From: a virus
Strand: one strand, 5' to 3'
DNA: 64,000 nt
Virus record (IMG/VR): IMGVR_UViG_3300017957_000012
Coordinates: 1-64,000 of that record
This document shows, piece after piece, positions 57,901-64,000 of this stretch; the first letter of the stretch is position 1, and every line of letters begins with the position of its first letter. A model generated the notes under the pieces. The model did no database searches, was not told the origin of the DNA, and saw only the letters and a list, made by a program, of their open reading frames with translations. Both the position numbers and the translations under genes were made by a program.

Positions 57901-60496
57901 AGAGGGCAGGGAAACCCGGGATAAGAACTTCACCAATTTCAAGCTGATCTGGACTCAGCGATGGTGGTGCTGCGTTTTTCTCTTCTTTACCTTTTACAAG
58001 GGAAATTACACCATAAGAGTCTACAACGACAGAATCAATACGCTGCAAATAATAAGTCAGCGTAGCTGATGCAGTGGCGTTGTGAGCAGGAATCAATGGT
58101 ATAGGTTTATTCGTAAACGAAAGAAGCCTAGACTTAAGATTTAAAAGTGGAACGCCAGGATTACCCGAAGTAGTGTTACTATAACTTACACCAATATCGT
58201 TATCAATGTGTGGCCTAAAGTCAAAGCAATCTCTCAAATTGTAATTGATTCCAGACGCCGATCTATAAACGGGAATATCGTAAGGATCGAGATCATTAGG
58301 ATAGCTATTAACCGTAAAGAAGTATTGCCCAGTTTGAGGCAATTCAACTTGGAAACACTTGAACTCAACGAGGAGTGTTGTTCCATTCGATACGATATCA
58401 CGACCGGGGATATATTCTACATAAGAATGATCGTAGAAAGTATCTTTTTGGTTGTAATTTAATCTAAAGCTCTTAGTGTAATCTTTTGGATTTCCATTTA
58501 CCAACTCAGCTGGGTTAGTAATTGCAACAAGTTCAAAAGCATCTGGCACGCCAAGAGTATAATCAACCACGTTGTCAGTGTAAGTGATCTGAACAAAAAG
58601 AGTTTTGACTGTTTTATCGTAAGCAAGCGCACCATCAGAGGTTGTTCCTACTTCTCTTTTATTATAATATACCGTAGCGTTAGCAGCCGATCCGTCAGCC
58701 GGCTCGAGGTTAATTGTTAGTGTGCTTCCATTCGCGCCCGTTGAATAGCTCGCAACACGAATGTGTGTATTAGTTGAGTCGACGACAACAATATCATCGT
58801 TTTGAACGTTGTAATCTTCACCAGGATTTGCATTAATCGTAAATGTATTATTAGTAATACCCGTAACATTCTCGCGAACCCTTACTGGGATTGCAAGATT
58901 TTCTGCAGAGAATAAGCTTCTTTGACCGGTTGGAAATACAAGTGCACCTTGCGCAGATTTCTGGAAGAACGATCCTTTCTGAGGCGCACCATAACCATTG
59001 TGCGACATATCGTGATTTCCTTCAAAGGCGATCGCTTCATTAGCTGTCATGTTTGGAGCGAGCTCGTGAATCTCATTCGAACCCGCACCAGAAAGTACTT
59101 CAATGCTTGAGAAGAAAGCTTTTGTTGGTGTAAGGTTAAATAACATACCTGAACCAACTTCAGAACCACCATTACTCGTTGGACCGTCAGCATCTCGTAA
59201 AGTTTCTGGTGTATAATTGAGTGTAGGCGCGAAAGCAGTCAACCATTGACCATTAGCGGCTCTTTGAATAGGTAATGAATTACCATAATTAAAAGAAATG
59301 TTTTGATTGGTTAATGTTTCTGTTTCTTGAATCTGATCAATGACAAAGGATCTTTCTGCTGAGTTCTCTACTCTAAATCCTTTAACGTAAGCTACACCTT
59401 GACCAACCACGGCATGAACCGACGTATTCGAAGAACCTTCTGGAAACGTTTTGTCTGTCGTTGAAATCTTAAAATCGTTGAGAATGTAGTTACCTGACTC
59501 TTCGTATGTTCTTCGAGCAAGCTCTTCTCCAAGTACATTGTACTGAGATACGTCTCGAACTGTAACGGCGTTTCCGTTTTGATATTGAACAAGAGTAAAG
59601 AAGTCTGCATCTTCTCGTGCAGCACTTGTAGCTTGCACAACAAGCGTTGGTATAAGCTTGAGTCTATCTGCACCGGGGGCGTTTTCGTTATTCGACCCGT
59701 TTGCATTATCGTATAGACTATTATCTGATAGCGCATCAACGTATGTTTCTTCTACTCTAAAACCTACGGCTACATTAGTTGGATTATTATCATACTTTGA
59801 TACAACGAGAACCTGGTCGTCTGCAAAAAGGAAATGACCCTTTTGGAAAATAATACCAGGCGCTGCTTGAATACCAAAAGATTTACCCGAAGTCGTAGTA
59901 ACGTTTGTTGTTCTTACTGTACCTACTACACTTGGGTTTTGACCAAGAGGCTCTTGAGTACTTACTTTAAAACGATACTCATTAATGGTTAATTCTTCAC
60001 CTGCCTGGAATACACGATTTGTACCAGACTGATTCAAATAGCTAATATAAAAAGTATTAAGATCAGGTGCACGTACTTCCACACCTCGGTCTGCGGTAAT
60101 AATGTTTGCAGTGAGACCTGATACAGATCCAGTAATTTGATAAACGTAATCGATTTCTGTTAATACACCTTGTACTACTTCTTCTTGTCTTTTCGGTATA
60201 TAAGCTGTTGGGTCAAATGCTGTTTCTGCCGTTTCTAGTGCCGGAGTCCAAAGATCTTGAATTCTTACGTATTCTAAGTCGTCAAGCTGAGTAAAGTTAC
60301 AGCCTTTTACAATCGAACCTTCTTTAAAGATGTTATCACCAAACTGCTCAATCTGACTCTGCAGCATAGTCTGCATTTGAGTCAGCTCTCTTGCTTGAAC
60401 GGCGTAACCCGGCTTAAACAGCACTCGGTAATATTGATTTTCTAAATCAAAATCATCAAAGTATGGTGCTGTATTGAGATTTGTATTAATTGGCAT
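54911..60496 (-). CDS. DUF4815/VrlC-like baseplate-associated structural protein
   Basis: NLN.APYFDDFD...YYRVLFKPG.AVQARELTQ.Q; APGADRLK; LARRTYEESGNY; DRFKNGF.VD; DPLAQTFF. Confidence 0.85.
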   Translation of the reverse strand: MPINTNLNTAPYFDDFDLENQYYRVLFKPGYAVQARELTQMQTMLQSQIEQFGDNIFKEGSIVKGCNFTQLDDLEYVRIQDLWTPALETAETAFDPTAYIPKRQEEVVQGVLTEIDYVYQITGSVSGLTANIITADRGVEVRAPDLNTFYISYLNQSGTNRVFQAGEELTINEYRFKVSTQEPLGQNPSVVGTVRTTNVTTTSGKSFGIQAAPGIIFQKGHFLFADDQVLVVSKYDNNPTNVAVGFRVEETYVDALSDNSLYDNANGSNNENAPGADRLKLIPTLVVQATSAAREDADFFTLVQYQNGNAVTVRDVSQYNVLGEELARRTYEESGNYILNDFKISTTDKTFPEGSSNTSVHAVVGQGVAYVKGFRVENSAERSFVIDQIQETETLTNQNISFNYGNSLPIQRAANGQWLTAFAPTLNYTPETLRDADGPTSNGGSEVGSGMLFNLTPTKAFFSSIEVLSGAGSNEIHELAPNMTANEAIAFEGNHDMSHNGYGAPQKGSFFQKSAQGALVFPTGQRSLFSAENLAIPVRVRENVTGITNNTFTINANPGEDYNVQNDDIVVVDSTNTHIRVASYSTGANGSTLTINLEPADGSAANATVYYNKREVGTTSDGALAYDKTVKTLFVQITYTDNVVDYTLGVPDAFELVAITNPAELVNGNPKDYTKSFRLNYNQKDTFYDHSYVEYIPGRDIVSNGTTLLVEFKCFQVELPQTGQYFFTVNSYPNDLDPYDIPVYRSASGINYNLRDCFDFRPHIDNDIGVSYSNTTSGNPGVPLLNLKSRLLSFTNKPIPLIPAHNATASATLTYYLQRIDSVVVDSYGVISLVKGKEEKNAAPPSLSPDQLEIGEVLIPGFPALSQRQASRTGRKAYAVHTRSKGVKVYTMKDMHAMSAQIDRMAYYISLNQLEQDTQNMFIPDQDGLDRFKNGFIVDPFNDLSVADVRDPEFKAAVPFNQKILTPAVKTIPLDLKYKSASGASIFPAVSKAKVATLGRDSNVDVISQDYATGFRNCVSNAYSYRGIGELSPPYDAAYDTTVTPAEINIDMTSAFQDFVENLQEFIPLTDVTTERVVEAENNWFGNADGWAPPNMFPFLGDGFMDRFRGGNTLTTRIETTTRSLELNTSNMQQNFQVGEFVRNFNFEPFMAGRDIGIYMTGLRPNARHYFFFDGEDVNAHIIPGTNVNSADDVQRAGQKGDAVSSDSNGVLRAVFALPSETFFVGDRVLEISDIDTYSQIESAGISRGHITYRAYNFSVEKSALGVTTRAPSFDINSSSSFRTVVRRIPAADPLAQTFFIKKGMGQGSNSVYISEVDLFFKRKSDTNGVTVELREVINGYPSGQVIPFGRVHKLATDVNVSDDASLATTFTFEAPVRLDVEAEYAVSIKPDAQDPNYLAYISQIGGTDLTPGPTQGAAVVQDWGDGVLFSSTNNSAWRSYQDEDLKFVLRRHNFATSSGTVTLTNNDHEFFIVDSWNGRFLPGEQIYQEKASTDTVGIPVGSATVTGTALDTKYFDGDFVLIEDSNGNKDIFEVVAVQSATQMLLNKENALPGAGDSCTPVVKGNLCWYDINDPTQMYLEDSSANSNRVFVAGTIYGLDSEKSATVTALQNINLSYFQPMIMKATDSTSTLDVDGTFVPPANLSSTYNMPLSFKDNNHFNFAGAVLYSRSNDPAGAQAFDLNIRMENGSNVTSTPFVDLEVSKLLAYQYKLNDGQQFNNPTSTYISKKIELAVDLDAEDIYVAASGYRPPNSNIRFFIKAQNGFDFTAFADLPWVELELFEGVDMFSSQANIHDYREFGYRIADANKDSQGVYTYQVDTGGVGTDPTFQSFRRFAIKIVLESDTVHNAPTLKDYRAIAVT

Positions 60497-60511
60497 TTTT
60501 AATCCGCTTCC

Positions 60512-62167
60512 TTAAAATTCGAGAACGATTTTAAACTCTTCTTTTGCTACAGTATTTTCCACTAAACCATTCTCGACATTTTCTGACGTTCTATTCAATG
60601 GGAAGAAATTTTCCATAAAATAAACTTTGCCAGATCTTTGAATATATGGCGAGACAACAACATTATCTGCTGCCGGTGTATTTATTTCAATTATCTGGCC
60701 CGTCTCGTTTCTCAATGATCGAGTTAAGTCGAGTGAAGTATCACCGTTTCCAGTATTAGCGTTATTTTGATAAGGGCCCATATAATGAGCTAAATAAATT
60801 TTATCATTTGTTTCATCAATCTCATGCACTCGGCCTGAGAAAGTAACGTCTTGTGTTTCTGAACTAATTTGCACGACCGTTGTATTAGCAGTCACACGAT
60901 CGGCGTTTGCTGTAGTAATTTCTATACGATTATCAAAAACTTCTGGTGGGGTCAGTGTACTAAACTCTGGATTTTTAACAATGCCAACAGAAGCATAAGT
61001 GTTTTCATTTGGAATTACATTGTTGTCATCGGTAGTAATATAAGCGTAAAGACTATAATGTCTACATCTAAATTCGTTAATTAAATTATAGCCATGATCA
61101 CTATCAGGCGTAAGAACTGCTCGTATCGAAGCTCTTACGTCTGTTGTTTCTTGGCTGCTTGGATCAAAATCATAAGCTGGATCGACAACCTGAGCAGTGA
61201 CATTATTATATCCATCACCGGGATTTAATACAATAATTGTAGAAATTCTTCCATCGACTACAGTAGGAATTGCAACTGCACCAGAGCCATCGCCTTCGAT
61301 TTTGATTGTAGGGAAAATACTAAACGATGCGTTTTGTTTTACTACTGACGATCCGCCTCCCTGTGTAACAGGATCAATATTCAATCGTATGTCAGCTAGA
61401 CCCGTTTGATCATCATAATTATATGCTGTAATTTGATAGAGGAACGTTGAGCTATCTGGATTCGTAAAATAAATTGATTGTCCTACGTAATAATCTTCGA
61501 TAGGATTAAACGTACCATCTGGGAAAACTTCGACGACACTATTAACGATATCTGTATCTGTTACTCGACCAGTTTCTTCTATGTAACCAAAATTATCTTC
61601 GTTGTTCTGAACAATAATATCAGATATTCCTCCACCAGTATTGGCAGAAGGATTAGTATCAAAGTCACCTACGATAGGAACAAAACCCTGTGAGTTATAT
61701 GCATCAAATTCTAATTCACTGATAACATACATGTACTTCCAAATATAGCCATCTGCTGTTCTATAAATTTGATCGACAGATGACTCGTTAAATGCGGGAG
61801 GACTTGTTACTCCAGCACCATAGTTATTAAACAGACACTTATAGACTCGGTAATCTCCAGTGTCATTGTCGTTTGGTCCAACAACGCAATAGAACCTTTG
61901 GCCTTCTAATTCTTCTGAGTCGTCATACTGTACAAACACATCATCTCTTTGCCAAGGATAGTACTTGATCATGAAATGTGTGTCTCGTGTTTTAATCTTT
62001 TTACCAAAAATTACTTTTTCTAAAAATTCTGTTTTAGAGACCTCAGTGTCGGCAGGTATAATTTCATTAATTGAAGACGCAAAAATGTAATAGTCGTTAT
62101 TCTCGACGTCGTTTGCAAACCGGCGTGTTGCGTCTGCTTTAAATTCTGTGGTTAAAATTTCTGGCAT
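60512..62167 (-). CDS. gp8: Baseplate wedge subunit (T4 gp8-like)
   Basis: YRVYKCLFNN...TADGYIWKYMY.I; ends EEFKIVLEF; located upstream of the DUF4815 gene. Confidence 0.8.
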   Translation of the reverse strand: MPEILTTEFKADATRRFANDVENNDYYIFASSINEIIPADTEVSKTEFLEKVIFGKKIKTRDTHFMIKYYPWQRDDVFVQYDDSEELEGQRFYCVVGPNDNDTGDYRVYKCLFNNYGAGVTSPPAFNESSVDQIYRTADGYIWKYMYVISELEFDAYNSQGFVPIVGDFDTNPSANTGGGISDIIVQNNEDNFGYIEETGRVTDTDIVNSVVEVFPDGTFNPIEDYYVGQSIYFTNPDSSTFLYQITAYNYDDQTGLADIRLNIDPVTQGGGSSVVKQNASFSIFPTIKIEGDGSGAVAIPTVVDGRISTIIVLNPGDGYNNVTAQVVDPAYDFDPSSQETTDVRASIRAVLTPDSDHGYNLINEFRCRHYSLYAYITTDDNNVIPNENTYASVGIVKNPEFSTLTPPEVFDNRIEITTANADRVTANTTVVQISSETQDVTFSGRVHEIDETNDKIYLAHYMGPYQNNANTGNGDTSLDLTRSLRNETGQIIEINTPAADNVVVSPYIQRSGKVYFMENFFPLNRTSENVENGLVENTVAKEEFKIVLEF

Positions 62168-62206
62168 GTTTATCTCAACCTAAAACGATATTAATTATTT
62201 ATTAAA

Positions 62207-64000
62207 TTAGCCCGTAAGCTTTTTTCGATATCTTGGATATAGCACTCCGGTGTCTGCTTCTTTGGGCTTTCCAACCGGTCCACGAACAGTCGTAATATAT
62301 TTACCATTATTACCTCTGTCGATTGCCCAAGGTAATCCTATATGTAAGTTAGTCGATCCTTGTAATTGAAGAGTTACGTAATCATCATTGCCCGTTGTTC
62401 CGGCCGGATGACTAAAGATACCGGTTTCATTGGTCGATGTCTTTGCTGAATAAAAACCGTCCGGTTGTGTAAAGCCGCCTTTAATTACGTGGTTTGATAC
62501 AAAGCCTAAGCTTGCCGTAGGCGCATTACTCCAATCATAGCCGGGATCGTCTTTCATTCTTGGCCGGCCGTAATTTCTCATTCTTGTTTTTAATTGCGCT
62601 ATCGTTGGATAAGTGCCTGTTCGAATAAAGAAATCTTCGACAAAGCAAGCACCTACACCGCAAGCTACTGGTGCTGCATTACTCGTGCCTGAGAAGTATG
62701 AATAGTATTCTCCAGAACCATTGTTCATATAACCACCGCCGAAGTATCCATTAAAATCCGGCGCGCCTGCATAATACATTGCGCCTGGAGCCCATAAATC
62801 AATTCCCGGACCTCTACAACTATAAGAATCTGGATATGGATATTTCGTACTAGGTTGTGCAGCTCCAATCGTAATTCCATTTGTTTGACCTTGGTCATAA
62901 GTTCGAAGAGGATAATGAGTTAAAGGACTACTTAACGATGGACCACCACCGAGAGATGAACTGCTTCCTGACCAATTAACTTGTGTATAACGACTTCCAG
63001 CTTCTTGAACAATATAGTTGTCCCATTCTGGTAAATCTTGGTGACCAAAATTAATCGCTGAATTCCCGGCACTACGGAACCAGTAAAAGCCATCATAATT
63101 AGTAAACGTGTTAATTATGTTATCAAGTGCAGTAAAGCGTGAATTTGTATCTCGTGTCATAACAAACCACTTAACCTGATTATCATTCTGATCTTGAGCT
63201 GTTCGAAGATTAAAGCCAGCCTCACTGAAAGCAGAAAGGTCATTACCCCATCCACCGCCGGGACGATTAGTAGTGACAAGTGTTCCGTCACTCGTGTAAC
63301 GACCTATTTGCGTAACATTATCAACTGGAACTAATCTATCAAAGTAATACCATGCGTATCCCCATGCAGCCATTGTCACTGTTGCATTTCTTTTGCCTGT
63401 TTCTGGATTGACTGGCTTCGAATTATGCCAGTTCAACACTGCGTTAATCATACCTTCTGGTGTTACGCCACTACCAAAATAAGCTATTCTAACTTCTGAT
63501 CCTCTAGCGTATCCAGTAAATAAACCTGCAGAACTTGACGCAACGCCAGCTGAATGATATCCAAATAATTCACTGTTGCTCAGCTGATTATTTTCTGGCG
63601 TATTCATACTACTGTCGTAATTTGACCAATTCATTTTTACTAGGCGACTACCACTCGGCTTGACAAATTGTATAGTACCAGTCATTGCTGGATGATTGAC
63701 ACAAGTGTATGTAGCGCTATTCAAACCTCCCTCTTCAAACCAATCTGCATAGAGAGTGATTGTACTCGCTGTTCCGTTACCAGCCACACCTTCTCGGTAA
63801 GGAGGATTGCCGCTACCAGGAATACCGTATGGAGCTTGTGTTGTAACCTTTATTGGGTGAAAAGAACCGGCGTTATTTGTTATAATAAGCTTATCACCGT
63901 AATTCAGCTGTATAGTCGGATTAGATGCATTAGTAAGAGTACCACCTCTATGCGTACCATTCACAATATACGCAGACGTTCCATTCGCAGTAAAAGTCAA
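62207..64000 (-). CDS. Subtilisin-like (S8) serine protease with a cupredoxin-like insert; 5' end off-window
   Basis: GYHSAGVAS (His), SAGNS (oxyanion Asn), YS.RGPGIDLWAPG, FSGTSNAAP (Ser); upstream HPI...YTCVNHPAMTG. Confidence 0.8.
   Translation of the reverse strand: MTFTANGTSAYIVNGTHRGGTLTNASNPTIQLNYGDKLIITNNAGSFHPIKVTTQAPYGIPGSGNPPYREGVAGNGTASTITLYADWFEEGGLNSATYTCVNHPAMTGTIQFVKPSGSRLVKMNWSNYDSSMNTPENNQLSNSELFGYHSAGVASSSAGLFTGYARGSEVRIAYFGSGVTPEGMINAVLNWHNSKPVNPETGKRNATVTMAAWGYAWYYFDRLVPVDNVTQIGRYTSDGTLVTTNRPGGGWGNDLSAFSEAGFNLRTAQDQNDNQVKWFVMTRDTNSRFTALDNIINTFTNYDGFYWFRSAGNSAINFGHQDLPEWDNYIVQEAGSRYTQVNWSGSSSSLGGGPSLSSPLTHYPLRTYDQGQTNGITIGAAQPSTKYPYPDSYSCRGPGIDLWAPGAMYYAGAPDFNGYFGGGYMNNGSGEYYSYFSGTSNAAPVACGVGACFVEDFFIRTGTYPTIAQLKTRMRNYGRPRMKDDPGYDWSNAPTASLGFVSNHVIKGGFTQPDGFYSAKTSTNETGIFSHPAGTTGNDDYVTLQLQGSTNLHIGLPWAIDRGNNGKYITTVRGPVGKPKEADTGVLYPRYRKKLTG

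Noticed and set aside
1-64000. Alternative genetic code (stop reassignment)
   Set aside because: Very long ORFs are intact under the standard code with dense packing, and all three stops end genes

Overview
The whole window is one co-oriented, minus-strand late (virion) gene block of a large T4-like myovirus. Its architecture resembles marine cyanophages or pelagiphages, but the host cannot be determined from this sequence. Reading right to left in transcription order: a subtilase with a cupredoxin-like insert (5' end off-window), baseplate wedge gp8, a DUF4815/VrlC-like protein, four fibres ending in S74 intramolecular chaperones (one a Gly-X-Gln collagen, one about 3250 aa), a 3500-aa repeat protein, further fibres, adhesins and chaperones, a three-gene glycan-modification cluster, and two duplicated three-gene adhesin cassettes. 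The last cassette gene is a Calx-beta-repeat protein that runs off the left edge and is missing from the ORF track. NATAAATA late promoters and a cUUCGg terminator support T4-like late transcription. Most notable: (1) 11 helical repeats in the 3500-aa protein carry K-C-x-R-D-x-G-Y...GG, closely resembling the bilin-binding Cys site of phycobiliproteins; (2) signs of a plug-and-socket fibre system, namely C-terminal DGGTF genes directly before Mtd-N-like fibres, triads of paralogous adhesins, an identical 32-bp leader and a terminal Hint domain; (3) a recurring [A/S]-N-T motif in virion proteins next to glycan enzymes. All family assignments come from motif recognition by eye, not from database searches.
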